NCBI GenBank assembly: GCA_034670305.1
Contig: JAXMNT010000010.1
Span: 126,885 to 190,884, forward strand
Reading direction: 5' to 3'
DNA length: 64,000 bases
From: Deltaproteobacteria bacterium
Lineage (GTDB): Bacteria > Myxococcota_A > Polyangia > Polyangiales > Houyiibacteriaceae
The translations under genes and the position numbers were made by a program. The notes beneath the pieces were generated by a model. It did no database searches. It was not told the origin of the DNA and worked only from the letters and a program-made list of their open reading frames with translations. This document shows, piece by piece, positions 1 through 9,930 of this stretch; position 1 is the stretch's first letter; each line of letters starts with the position of its first letter.

Positions 1-219
1 GACCACGCCCGATGCGATGCGCCGGGCGCGCGGACCATGCGTCTCCACCACGCCCCATCCGGTCACGCGGGTGCCAGGGTCGATGCCGAGGACGCGCAGA
101 CTCGGTGCCGGCGCCCTCGCCACCCGAGGTTTGCCCGCGGCCCGCGGAGCCCCCGAACGCAGCTCGTCCATCGAACGCAACGTGCTCTTCGTCGAGGGAT
201 CCTTCTTCTTCGTGCTCAC
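1..219 (-). CDS. ruvC: Holliday junction resolvase RuvC, 5' part (runs off the window edge)
   Basis: Manual translation from GTG 219 gives ...LRVLGIDPGTRVTGWGVVE..., the RuvC N-terminal motif. The start overlaps the yebC stop (GTGA), and yebC-ruvC synteny is common. Confidence 0.9.
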   Translation of the reverse strand, partial: MSTKKKDPSTKSTLRSMDELRSGAPRAAGKPRVARAPAPSLRVLGIDPGTRVTGWGVVETHGPRARRIASGVV

Positions 220-968
220 TCGTCTTCGAGCGCGGCCAGCGCTTCGGCCGAGAGCTCGAAGTCCGTGAACACGTTCTGGACGTCGTCGTGATCTTCGAGC
301 GCTTCGTAGAGCCCCATCAACTTCGCCGCGTCGTCACCCGAGACTTCTTTGACGTTGTTCGGGATGTACTCGAGCTTCGCTTCTTTGGGCTCCATGCCAC
401 CCGCCGCCAAACCGGTGGAGACCGAGTCGAGATCCTCCCGCACGGTCACGACCAACCAGACGTCGTCTTCGTCTTGCAGGTCTTCTGCGCCGACCCCAGC
501 GGCGAGCTCGAACACGGTCTCGAAGTCGCCCACCTTCTTGTCGAGCCGGATCATGCCCTTCTGCTCGAAGGCCCACATCGCAGCGCCGCTCGAGCTGAGC
601 TCGCCGTTGCCCTTCTCGAAGATCTTTCGAACTTCGGCCGCGGTGCGGTTTCGGTTGTCGGTCATCACCTCGAGCAAGAACAACGTGCCGCTCGGCCCCA
701 CGCCCTCGTAGATGAACTCCTCGTACATCACCCCTTCGAGCTCGCCGGTGCCCTTCTTGATGGCCCGGGTGATGTTGTCGTTCGGCATGTTCTCGGCGCG
801 CGCGGCTTCGATCGCGTGCCGCAGTCGGGCATTGCCGGCTGGGTCACCGCCGCCCATGCGCGCGGAGATGGTGATCTCCTTGATCAGCTTCGTAAAAATC
901 TTCCCGCGTTTGGCGTCGGCTGCGCCCTTCTTGCGTTTGATCGTCGACCACTTGCTGTGCCCACTCAT
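216..968 (-). CDS. yebC: YebC/PmpR family protein
   Basis: MSGHSKWSTIKRKKG...YEG.GP.G...TDNRNRT...LEDHDDVQNV; ATG at 968. Confidence 0.95.
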   Translation of the reverse strand: MSGHSKWSTIKRKKGAADAKRGKIFTKLIKEITISARMGGGDPAGNARLRHAIEAARAENMPNDNITRAIKKGTGELEGVMYEEFIYEGVGPSGTLFLLEVMTDNRNRTAAEVRKIFEKGNGELSSSGAAMWAFEQKGMIRLDKKVGDFETVFELAAGVGAEDLQDEDDVWLVVTVREDLDSVSTGLAAGGMEPKEAKLEYIPNNVKEVSGDDAAKLMGLYEALEDHDDVQNVFTDFELSAEALAALEDE

Positions 969-1148
969 GGGGGCGCTGATAGCACTGGCACGGCCGACGC
1001 GAAAGACAGGTTGTGGCGCCGGGTCGTGGTGCGTGTGCGCCGGCGCCCACGGGAGATCTTCCGAACCTCTGCGCCACGCGGTCGGTCGGAACGGGACCCG
1101 CGATGAAATGGGTCTATGCTGGTGGCTGTGTCCGGCCCTCTCCAAGAC

Positions 1149-3188
1149 ATGCAGCTGCGCACCTCGCGCGGTCCGACGCTCCTCTTCGGACTGCTCGCCC
1201 TCGGTGGCATCGCCACCGGCGCGTGGTCTTTGCTGAGCGACCGGGTGGATCCCACCGCGGTGGTGGTCGCGGTGCGGGGTTGCTCGGAGGCATGCCAGAG
1301 TTCGCTCGTCTCCCGGATGCGCATTCACCTCGAAGACCTGGGTCTCGAGGTCCGCCCGGGCCCCGACGAAGATGTGCCCGAGTCGCTCGCCGAAGCCACC
1401 GATCTGGCGGAGCTCGCATCGGCCACCAGCGATCTGGGCGCGGCGCACGCGGTGTGGATCCTCGTCACGCCCGTCGACCAACGCGAGGCCTCGATCGGTG
1501 GCGCGACGGTTTCGAAAGGCGTCCGGATCTTCGCCCAAAGCATGACCCGTGGCGAAGCCGCTCGAACCCCCCATGAGCTCGTCTTCGCGATCGACGCCGA
1601 CGAAGAAGACCGCGCCCGGCTCGAGGCGGGCATTCGCGGGGTCGACGCCCTCTCCCACGACGTCGGCGCGGAGATCCTACAGAGCGACCGCATCGCGGCG
1701 TACCTCGAGAGCAGCCCGAGCGAGCTCGATCGGTTGAGCGCGGTCAGTGACGCGCTTCGTGGCGCCGAAGCCCGGCAGCGCGAGATGGACCGCTTCGAAG
1801 CCGCGTGCACCTCGAGCGGCGACGACATGAGGCAAGACGACGAAGCCCTCGGCGCGGTCCGATGCCTCACCCAAGGGTGCGACCAGGAGTACCTGATCGG
1901 CGTGATGCCGAATGGGGAAGAAGCCATCCTGCGGGTCGAGACCGCGGCGCCGGTGTTCCCGATTCTGCGCTCGAGCAACGTCGGCACCGCCGAGGTCGCC
2001 GACCGTTTGGTCCGCGCCTCGGGCGAAGGGGTGCGCAGCACCATCGTCTCGGTGGAGAACCTCTACAGCTACGCCACCCTCGCGGCCGACGGGCGCTCGA
2101 TCGCGTTCGTCGAGGTCGCGAACGGGTTGGTCTCGCTCGTGTGGGTGGAGCTCGACGGAATCCGCCGCGCGGTGCTCTTCGAGGTGGATTGGCCCGAGCG
2201 CATGTCGTCCCCGGAGCTCAGTCCGGACGGGCGCCACGTGGCGTTCAGCTACCGGCCCTTCCGCCGCGGCGAACCACAGCTCTTCGTGGTGCGTACCCCA
2301 CCGGAACCCACTTCCGAAGCCGCAGAGGCCGACAGCGAGGAGGACGCGGACAGTGCTGCTGGCAACAACGCAGAGCCGGAAGCGCCGCCCACGCCCCTCC
2401 CCTTCGAGCCGGTGCCCTTCGGTGTCTCGGCGACCTGGGTCGAGGTGGCCAAAGAAGGCGCGCCCGATGAACTCGAGACCCTGCTCGCAGTCGTGGTCCC
2501 AGGCGAGCGCGAGGAGCTGCAACTGGACGACGGCCCCGCTGCCGAAACCCAGGCGGTCGACGAGAGCGACATCGAAGAAGAGCTGGTGGGCGTGAACCCA
2601 GAGCGGGCCGGACTGAACTTGCCACCGCTCACCCACGTCGCCCTCGCCCGGATCACCGGCGACGAATTCGAGATCGTCGGTCGCATCGGCGGGGTGGAGC
2701 GGCCCGTGCGGAGCGTGGTCGGTTCACACACAGGCAAACTCGTCGTCATGTCGTACAGCCGCGTCCACGGCTGCGGCATCGGCATCTACGACCGCAATGG
2801 AGCCGACGGAACCGCGCTCACCTTCGTGCAGCCGGATCACTGTCCCGCCAACCCCCAACTGACGAGCCAGGGAACCGTGGTCGGCGAGGTCGCGGTCGAG
2901 CGCGAGGGGGTGCTGCCGGACCACCAAGGGGAGCTCGTCGCGGTCGATCCCGCGACCGGTTTCGTACGGGTGCTGACGCAGAACGGGATCCGAGATCGGT
3001 ATGTACGGCCGGCCCAAACCCGCGGTGGCACCGAACGGCTCTTCTTCGAACGGTTGCCGCGCCGCCGCTACGCGCGTCACCCGGCGGCCGGGGTCTGCTT
3101 CGTCGACCTGCCCGAACTCGACATGACCCGCCCGCCAGAACCCGCGGAACCGCCGCCAGCCGAAGACACCGGCACCGCACCCGAGTAG
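1149..3188 (+). CDS. Exported TolB/PD40-like beta-propeller protein
   Basis: N-terminal hydrophobic segment; 'LAADGRSIAF' and 'SPELSPDGRHVAF' repeats; alternative start at 1116. Confidence 0.55.
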   Translation: MQLRTSRGPTLLFGLLALGGIATGAWSLLSDRVDPTAVVVAVRGCSEACQSSLVSRMRIHLEDLGLEVRPGPDEDVPESLAEATDLAELASATSDLGAAHAVWILVTPVDQREASIGGATVSKGVRIFAQSMTRGEAARTPHELVFAIDADEEDRARLEAGIRGVDALSHDVGAEILQSDRIAAYLESSPSELDRLSAVSDALRGAEARQREMDRFEAACTSSGDDMRQDDEALGAVRCLTQGCDQEYLIGVMPNGEEAILRVETAAPVFPILRSSNVGTAEVADRLVRASGEGVRSTIVSVENLYSYATLAADGRSIAFVEVANGLVSLVWVELDGIRRAVLFEVDWPERMSSPELSPDGRHVAFSYRPFRRGEPQLFVVRTPPEPTSEAAEADSEEDADSAAGNNAEPEAPPTPLPFEPVPFGVSATWVEVAKEGAPDELETLLAVVVPGEREELQLDDGPAAETQAVDESDIEEELVGVNPERAGLNLPPLTHVALARITGDEFEIVGRIGGVERPVRSVVGSHTGKLVVMSYSRVHGCGIGIYDRNGADGTALTFVQPDHCPANPQLTSQGTVVGEVAVEREGVLPDHQGELVAVDPATGFVRVLTQNGIRDRYVRPAQTRGGTERLFFERLPRRRYARHPAAGVCFVDLPELDMTRPPEPAEPPPAEDTGTAPE

Positions 3189-3200
3189 ATCGACTCCAAC

Positions 3201-3385
3201 GTCGGCGTCGGCATCGGCTTCGGCATCGGCTTCGGCGTCGGCTCGGCGTCGGCTTCGACTTCTGCGTCGGCTTCGACTTCGGCATCGGCGTCGGCGTCGG
3301 CATCGGCTTCGGCATCGGCTTCGGCATCGGCGTCGGCTTCGGCATCGGCGTCGGCTTCGGCGTCGGCTTTGGCTTCGGCTTCGGC
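3201..3385. repeat. Hexamer tandem tract (TCGGC[T/G/A])n
   Basis: ~30 units of GGCTTC/GGCGTC/GGCATC between convergent stop codons. Confidence 0.95.
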
Positions 3386-3392
3386 GCGGCCG

Positions 3393-4235
3393 TCACGCCG
3401 CGCTTCGAACGTCGACCCGGACCTCCCCATCGTCCCCGAACAGCCGCTCCCGCCATACCGCGAGCAGCGCGGCTTTGCCTTTGTCGCGGGGATGAAAGTC
3501 GCGCCGGAAGTACCGGAGGTAGTCCGGCAGGAGTCGGCGCGTCAGTCCGGGCCGAAACCACAGAAACCCAAACACCCGCGCCCAGCCCGAGACCCGAAGG
3601 TGTTCGCCGCGGTCCCGCGCCAAGACCGCGTAGAAGTACGCGACGAAGAGCCCAAAGAGCACGGTGGTGACCAGCATGATCCAGCGGCGTTCGAACGCGT
3701 TCCCACCCGCTGCCATGTACACATCGAACGCCACGTCTTCGTGTTCGAGTTCTTCGAACGCGTGCCACATCCACAGGCGCGTCGTGCCGTCGTGAAGGCA
3801 CGCACCTCGGTGCCGCGCGTCTTCGAGCAACTGGGACGCGAGGATGGAAGTGAAGTGTTCGAGCGCGCAGGTCACCGCGAGCTGCTGCTGATCGTTGAAC
3901 AAGACCGGCGCCAACTTCTTCAGGATGAAGCGCACGTCGCGGTCGACGCGCGGCATGCTCGGAAAGCTGCGCGCGACCGCCCGGTTGAACGCGCGGTGCC
4001 CCACCCCATGCGCCGCCTCTTGGCCGACGAACGCGTCCAGTCGTTCGCGCAGCACGTCGTCGTCGATCAGACTTCGGTGGGCGCGCACCGCACGCACGAA
4101 GAAGTTCTCGCCTTCGGGGAACGCCGCGCTGAGCGCATTCCAGAACGTGGTCACGTGCACGTCGTCGCCGTACCAAGCCGTCGGCAGGTCCGAGAGGTCG
4201 TCGAGCAGGATTCGCCGAACCGTGGGCATCGTCAT
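3393..4235 (-). CDS. Predicted metal-dependent hydrolase (ferritin-like, PF10118-type)
   Basis: FPEGENFF, QEAAHG..H, LEHFT, WHAFEELEH motifs; GGAG upstream of ATG. Confidence 0.8.
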   Translation of the reverse strand: MTMPTVRRILLDDLSDLPTAWYGDDVHVTTFWNALSAAFPEGENFFVRAVRAHRSLIDDDVLRERLDAFVGQEAAHGVGHRAFNRAVARSFPSMPRVDRDVRFILKKLAPVLFNDQQQLAVTCALEHFTSILASQLLEDARHRGACLHDGTTRLWMWHAFEELEHEDVAFDVYMAAGGNAFERRWIMLVTTVLFGLFVAYFYAVLARDRGEHLRVSGWARVFGFLWFRPGLTRRLLPDYLRYFRRDFHPRDKGKAALLAVWRERLFGDDGEVRVDVRSAA

Positions 4236-4348
4236 GTCTCCAGCCTGCCGCACCGGCCTCTTGGCCGGCAGGGCCACCGGTGCCATCTTCATGGCAATTC
4301 GGGCCACCGGGCCACCCGGTCGTCTTGATCCCCGCACACTCGCCACCG

Positions 4349-5320
4349 ATGCAGAACATCCCCGCCGCCCACGCCCTTCACCTCGCCGACGTGGCGGAGG
4401 TGCTTGGCGTGTCGCGCGAGCGCCTCTTCGAGGCCTGGGATCTGAGCGAAGACGAGCTCGAAGATCCCGACCGCACCCTCGACCTACGCACCCTGCGCCG
4501 GCTCGTCGCGACCACCCGCCGGCTCTCGGGTGAAGAAGCGCTCGGGTTGCTGCTCGGCTCGCGCATGCAGATCGCCAACCACGGCAACCTCGGCTTCGCG
4601 GTCATGACTGCGCCGACCCTGCGCGCGTGCATCGAGACCGCGATCCGATTCGCGCCGACCCGCACCCGCGCGCTCGAACTCTCCCTGCACCTGGAAGACG
4701 CGATGTGCGCGGTGGTCATCGAAGAGCGCGCCGACTTCGGCGACGCACGCGACGTCGTGCTCGTCGCGCTGGTCGTCGGCATCTGGCACATCGCCCAGGC
4801 GCTGGCCGGTACCGCGGTCGTCGGCGACGTCGAGTTCGGCTTTCCGGCGCCGAGTTACGCGGCGCGTTTCTCATCGCTCGCCCCGGGCCGGCTGCGCTTC
4901 GAGCAACCGCAGACCCGGCTGGTGTTCGACGCGGGCGTGCTCGATCTTCCGGTGCGGACCGCCGACCCCGCCGCCCACCGGCGGGCGCGCGAACAGTGCG
5001 AACGGGAGCTCGCGCAGTACGCGCCCGCGGACGTGCCCAAGTTGCGCGCGCTTCTCGGCGAGTCGCCGCCCCCGACGTTGCTCGAGGCCGCCAAGCGGCT
5101 CGGCGTCTCCGCGCGCACGCTCAAGCGGCGGCTGCGGGATGAACAGACGACGTTCGGAGAGGTGCGGGCCTCGGTGTTGACGGAGCGCGCGGTGCTCCTG
5201 CTCCGGCAGGGCCGCACCCTCGACGAGATCGCGGAGCAGCTCGGCTACGCGGACGGCACCAGCTTCGGCCGGGCGTTCCGACGGTGGACGGGTGAGAGTC
5301 CAGGCCGGCAACGGACATGA
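4349..5320 (+). CDS. AraC family transcriptional regulator
   Basis: C-terminal AKRLGVSARTLKRRL...IAEQLGYADGTSFGRAFRRWTG; divergent from the hydrolase. Confidence 0.92.
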   Translation: MQNIPAAHALHLADVAEVLGVSRERLFEAWDLSEDELEDPDRTLDLRTLRRLVATTRRLSGEEALGLLLGSRMQIANHGNLGFAVMTAPTLRACIETAIRFAPTRTRALELSLHLEDAMCAVVIEERADFGDARDVVLVALVVGIWHIAQALAGTAVVGDVEFGFPAPSYAARFSSLAPGRLRFEQPQTRLVFDAGVLDLPVRTADPAAHRRAREQCERELAQYAPADVPKLRALLGESPPPTLLEAAKRLGVSARTLKRRLRDEQTTFGEVRASVLTERAVLLLRQGRTLDEIAEQLGYADGTSFGRAFRRWTGESPGRQRT

Positions 5321-5334
5321 CTGCGACGCCCACA

Positions 5335-5376
5335 GCCAGCACTGCGGTTCTCGAGGCCAGCACTGCGGTTCCCGAA
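5335..5376. repeat. 21-nt direct repeat x2, plus a degenerate third unit
   Basis: GCCAGCACTGCGGTTC(T/C)CGA at 5335 and 5356. Confidence 0.8.
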
Positions 5377-5405
5377 GACAGCACCGCTTCCCGGAAGAGT
5401 TCGCC

Positions 5406-6272
5406 ATGAGCGCGCGCGCCTGGATCCGCGCCGCGCGCCCCCTCGCGCAGGCGAACCTCGCCGGACCGCTCCTGTTCGGCCAAGCGCTCGCCTACCAAGC
5501 GACCGGCCAGTTCTCCTTCGGGGTGCTCGCCGCGGTCGCGTTCTGGGGCGTGCTCGATCAACTCTTCATCGTCTTCGCGAACGACTACGCCGATCGCGAC
5601 CACGACCAGGCCGACGCACGCACGCCGTTCAGCGGCGGCTCCGGAGTCCTGGTCGATGGTGCGCTGAAGCCGCGACAGCTCCTGCACGGCGCGATCGGCG
5701 CGGCGGTGTGTCTGTTGTTGCTCTCGCTCGCGTTCGCGATCCGCTCGTGGTGGATCCTCCCGCTCGGCGTCGCCGCGGTCGCCCTGCTCTATGCGTACAG
5801 CTTCGGTCCCCGGCTGAGCTATCGGGGCGGCGGAGAGTTTCTCCAGGGCCTCGGCGTCGGCGTCGTGCTGCCGCTCGTCGGGTTCGCCGCCCAAGCCGGA
5901 CAGCTCCACAGCTACCCCTTCGTCACCCTGCTCTCGACCTTCGCGCTCGCCTTCGCGGGCAACATCGCCACCGCGCTCCCGGACCGCGACGTCGACCGAC
6001 GCGCCAAGAAGAAGACGTGGCCGGTGAAGATGGGCGTCGCGCGCGCCGCCTGGGCCTGCGCCGGCATCACCCTCACCGGCATCTACCTCGCGCTCGCCAC
6101 GAGCGGCCTGCTCCACAGCCACGGCGGCTGGCTCGCCCTCAGCGGCCTCCCCCTCACCGCCCTCCCCTTCCTGAACTTCGCCCGCCGCCGCCACGCGATC
6201 GCCTTCGTCGTCCTCCAAGGCATGAGCGCCCAACTCCTCCTCCTCACCTGGTCCCTCGCCGCCATCGCCTGA
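5406..6272 (+). CDS. UbiA/MenA-family prenyltransferase
   Basis: WIRAARP, NDYADRDHD, FSGGSG, PDRDVD...KKT; multiple TM segments. Confidence 0.85.
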   Translation: MSARAWIRAARPLAQANLAGPLLFGQALAYQATGQFSFGVLAAVAFWGVLDQLFIVFANDYADRDHDQADARTPFSGGSGVLVDGALKPRQLLHGAIGAAVCLLLLSLAFAIRSWWILPLGVAAVALLYAYSFGPRLSYRGGGEFLQGLGVGVVLPLVGFAAQAGQLHSYPFVTLLSTFALAFAGNIATALPDRDVDRRAKKKTWPVKMGVARAAWACAGITLTGIYLALATSGLLHSHGGWLALSGLPLTALPFLNFARRRHAIAFVVLQGMSAQLLLLTWSLAAIA

Positions 6273-6377
6273 AGCACGACGTCGGCATCCGGTGTCGGCC
6301 ATGAAGTGAAACGCCTCGAAAGATGCAGAGGCTGGTCGGAGGACGCAGCGTCGCGATGATGTCGCGGGGTTGAGAAA

Positions 6378-6860
6378 CTAGAACTTGAGTAGGTGGGTGA
6401 GGGTACCGAGGTGGGTTTGCGCATGTCGCTCGATCTGCTCTGCGAGTTCGTCCTTCGTCGGCGACTCGTTCTCTGCGACAAATTCGTGAAGCGCGGCGCG
6501 CAGTTCCCAGACGACACACAAGAGCGCGTGCCAGAGTAACTCAGCAGACACCGACAGTTCAGCGCCCTCAAGAGTGTGGGGGACCCGGCGAAGAAGCAGA
6601 ACCTGTCGGCTGAGGTTTGCAAACCCATTTTCCAGATCCAACGCACCGCACCGCCGATGGAGTTCGTCGAGAGCACCTTCCACAGGAAGGTGGGTGGCCA
6701 GTGCTTCGAGTGAGGCCAGGAGAAACTCCCGTTCGTTCAGCGCAGAAACAGCACCAACGTTCATGCTCTCATGACCACCCAGCGACCGGATGGTCGCCGT
6801 CAGCACCGCCAAGTGGTCGAGGCGCGAGATGACGCAAACGATTGAATGTGTGGACTGCAT
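6378..6860 (-). CDS. Hypothetical protein, putative immunity protein
   Basis: Lower-GC ORF whose ATG overlaps the stop of the upstream toxin-like fragment (TGATG). Confidence 0.5.
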   Translation of the reverse strand: MQSTHSIVCVISRLDHLAVLTATIRSLGGHESMNVGAVSALNEREFLLASLEALATHLPVEGALDELHRRCGALDLENGFANLSRQVLLLRRVPHTLEGAELSVSAELLWHALLCVVWELRAALHEFVAENESPTKDELAEQIERHAQTHLGTLTHLLKF

Positions 6861-7360
6861 CAGAACCCCAGCGGTGAGTTGAAGAATGCTTGGATGGCGT
6901 CGGCGGTTGGAACCACAGTCAGGTCGCTTGAGTTGAGTATGTCGATCTGGGCCTGCGTAGTCGCAAGGAACTCAGGTTGCCGTCCACCGGGACCGCCCAT
7001 TTGTGCCATTGAATCCGCCACTTCCTTCGTAACCCGCACTCTTACCACGACCCCGTTGGAGCCCGTACCATACCCAGACGCAGCCCGGAGGAAATCGTCG
7101 GTCAGGTAGACTCCAGCAACCGGAGTGTGGCTACCTTGGTTTGCCCTGGAACGAGGCTGAAAGGCGTCCTACGAAGGCCTGGGACCCGTGGTACAGCGTC
7201 ACCATCCGCGTGTTCCGGAATGCCCGTGCGATTCGGCGGGCGGTACTCCCTGCTACCTTGACCATCGCCGCGCCCGGGAGGACCGCGAGCACTTCCCACC
7301 CAAGTGAACTCGCTCGGTCGCTCCTGGACGCTTCGCTATCCGTGAGCGTCTCCCAGTTCT
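6860..7360 (-). pseudogene. Frameshifted orphan RHS C-terminal toxin module, ADP-ribosyltransferase-like (H-Y-E)
   Basis: Stitching frames gives NWETLTDSEA...TLYHGS...(shift)...GVYLTDDFLRAASGY...VVVRVRV...QPEFL. Confidence 0.55.
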
Positions 7361-7371
7361 GCGCCCGACCG

Positions 7372-7975
7372 CGGTTCACGGGGCACGAACACGACGACGA
7401 GTGGGGCGTCATCAACATGCGGGGGCGGCTCTACGACCCCGCAATGCGCCGCATGCTCTCGCCTGACCCCGTCGTCGTCGATCCCTACGCGAGCCAGGCC
7501 TACAACCGCTACGCCTATGTCCTCAACGACCCGATCAACCTGACCGACCCCACCGGGTTCACGCCGGAGGGCGGCTCCTGCCACGACTGCAGCTTCAGCA
7601 AGAGGCGGACAGGGGCGGGAGACCGATCCCGCCATGGCGGGCGTGCAAGCGGACATCGCCGCGGGCCGACTGCCGAGCCAAATGGAGCTCGCCCACGACG
7701 GCGCCGGGAGGCTCGGCCGAGCCATGGAGGGCATCAACATGGGCCCCACCGGACCCGGCGGCTTGTCGAGATGGACCATGTCCCCCGGCTCATCTCTAGG
7801 TGCGATGGCTGTGTTCGGCGATACCCGCGGTCGCGTGGAGAACTGGGAGACGCTCACCGATAGCGAGGCCACTGGGGGTGACCGTGCCGCGGCGGCGAGT
7901 TGGGAACTGTTGGCAGTGCTGCCAGGGGCGGTAGTGGCGGGCGCTGGTGCGCGGGCGCTACGAGGGATTGGGTCG
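7372..7975 (+). pseudogene. RHS repeat-associated core fragment with frameshifted downstream linker
   Basis: FTGHEHDDEWGVINMRGRLYDP..RRMLSPDP...NRYAYVLNDPINLTDPTG; no upstream RHS body and no credible start. Confidence 0.85.
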
Positions 7976-8340
7976 CTCGCCCACGTGCAGTGGGATCCAG
8001 AGGAACACTACGAGGGCCGGATGCGGTTGCAGTCGTTCGCGAGCAGTACGCAGGGCGGGTACCTGGTCTGGCTCTACAGCCGGGAGCTCTCGGGCATCCC
8101 GAACGAGGTGGTGGTGATGGGCATCGGACCCGACAATGTGGTCCGGCAGGTGCGGCGGCTCGAGTTCCCGCACGCGTTCGACACATTCAAGATGCTTCCC
8201 ACCGTCGACGGCTCCGTGTTCTTTGCCGACGATGACGGCACCCACCGCTACCCGCCCAGCGGCCCGGTCGAACACCTCTCTCCCATCCAGGCCGCCTGGC
8301 TCCACCCCGGCCCCGCCAGCCGCCCGTAGCAACGGGCGAC

Positions 8341-8520
8341 TTCGGCTTCGACGTCGGCGTCGGCATCGGCATCGGCATCGGCATCGGCATCGGCGTCGGC
8401 TCCGGCTGCGGTGTCGGCATCGGCATCGGCTTCGGCATCGGCTTCGGCGTCGGCGTCGGCATCGGCGTCGGCTTCGGCGTCGGCTTCCGCTTCGGCGTCG
8501 GCTTCGGCTTCCGCTTCGGC
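8341..8520. repeat. Hexamer tandem tract (TCGGC[A/T/G])n
   Basis: Direct inspection. Confidence 0.95.
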
Positions 8521-8600
8521 GCCTGCACTCACAAGGGCAAGGGCGACCGCGCCGAACTCTTCGGAACGATCCTTCCGGTTCTGTCGTACAACCGAACGCC

Positions 8601-9239
8601 ATGCGGTTCTACTTCGACTACATCTCGCCTTACGCCTACCTCGCCTGGACCCAGATGCGCGGACTCTCGGCGCGCACCGGGGTCGCCGTCGAACCCGTTC
8701 CCATCCTGTTCGCGGCGCTTCTCAACCACTGGGGCCACAAAGGGCCGGCCGAGATCCCGCCGAAACGGCTCTACGTCTTCAAAGACGTCGTGCGCCGCGC
8801 TCACGCCTACGGCGTGCCGCTCCAGCCGCCGCCCAGCCATCCCTTCAACCCGCTGCTCGCCCTTCGTGTCACCGAAGCCGCGCCGGCGGACCGCACGGCA
8901 GAAGTCGTCGACACGCTCTTCGCGCACACCTGGGGCGACGCGCAGCCACGCGGCGTGGATGGGCCCGACACCATGCGCGCGATCCTCGCGCCGCTCGGAC
9001 TGGAAGCGCTGGTGGACGACGCCGGGACCACGCCCATCAAGGACGCGATCCGAGCGCACACCGAAGCGGCGCTCGCGGCGGGTGTCTTTGGCGTTCCGTC
9101 CATGGTGGTGGATGACGAGGTCTTCTGGGGCACCGACAGCCTGGAACATCTGGAAGCGCATCTGAACGGCGACGACCCCGTCGACGAGGCGCTCCTCGCG
9201 CGGTGGCGCGATCTGCCCGTGGGCCAAGCGCGGCGATGA
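8601..9239 (+). CDS. 2-hydroxychromene-2-carboxylate isomerase / GST-kappa (DsbA-like)
   Basis: [20 protein letters not shown]...FWGTD. Confidence 0.9.
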   Translation: MRFYFDYISPYAYLAWTQMRGLSARTGVAVEPVPILFAALLNHWGHKGPAEIPPKRLYVFKDVVRRAHAYGVPLQPPPSHPFNPLLALRVTEAAPADRTAEVVDTLFAHTWGDAQPRGVDGPDTMRAILAPLGLEALVDDAGTTPIKDAIRAHTEAALAAGVFGVPSMVVDDEVFWGTDSLEHLEAHLNGDDPVDEALLARWRDLPVGQARR

Positions 9240-9262
9240 AGGCGCGCTGCCAGACGCGCGAC

Positions 9263-9334
9263 GGACACACGCTGCGGAACGCTGGGTACGCGCTGCGGCA
9301 GACTGGACACCCGCAGCGGCAGGCTGGGTACGCG
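9263..9334. repeat. Degenerate 21-nt tandem repeat (~3.5 units)
   Basis: GGACACACGCTGCGGAACGCT / GGGTACGCGCTGCGGCAGACT / GGACACCCGCAGCGGCAGGCT / GGGTACGCG. Confidence 0.75.
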
Positions 9335-9342
9335 GGCGCCTC

Positions 9343-9930
9343 GTGTCCCGGCTGACCCTGCTCGTGCTCGTCGCGCTCGGGCTCGACGCCGCGCTCGCGC
9401 TCGCCGACCTCGGGAGCACCCTCGAGGAGTACTCGGTGCTCCAGCAGCTGCAGCGCGCGTCGCTCGAACAAACGCTCGATCTCGGCGCGCGCATGGAATC
9501 GATCGCGGAGCGGATCGTGTTCCTGCGTCGCCTGCGGCTTGGGGCGCTGATCCTCACCGCGGTGGTGTTTCTCACCTGGTGGCAAAAGATCCACACGCTC
9601 GCGAGGTCCCAGATGGAGATGCGCAAAGGCATGGGTACGTTGCTGGAGTGGTTCGTGCCCATCGCGAACTTGTTTCTGCCGTACCGGCGCGCGCGGGTGC
9701 TCAACGATCACTGGACGACGTTCGTGTGGTGGGCGTCTTGGCTCTGCGCCGCGCTCTTCGAGCAGCTGGCGTGGCGCGCCGAAACCGGCGTCGACTACGC
9801 GGCGATGCTCGACGCCGATCGGCTGCACGCCGCGTCCGCTGGCGCCGCGTTTGTCGCCGCGGTGGGATGCGCCGCGGTGGTGAAACGTTCCACGACCCGG
9901 TTCACGACCGGACGGGCGCCGCGTCGATGA
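9343..9930 (+). CDS. Membrane protein, DUF4328-like
   Basis: WFVPIANLFLPY motif, several TM helices. Confidence 0.6.
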   Translation: MSRLTLLVLVALGLDAALALADLGSTLEEYSVLQQLQRASLEQTLDLGARMESIAERIVFLRRLRLGALILTAVVFLTWWQKIHTLARSQMEMRKGMGTLLEWFVPIANLFLPYRRARVLNDHWTTFVWWASWLCAALFEQLAWRAETGVDYAAMLDADRLHAASAGAAFVAAVGCAAVVKRSTTRFTTGRAPRR

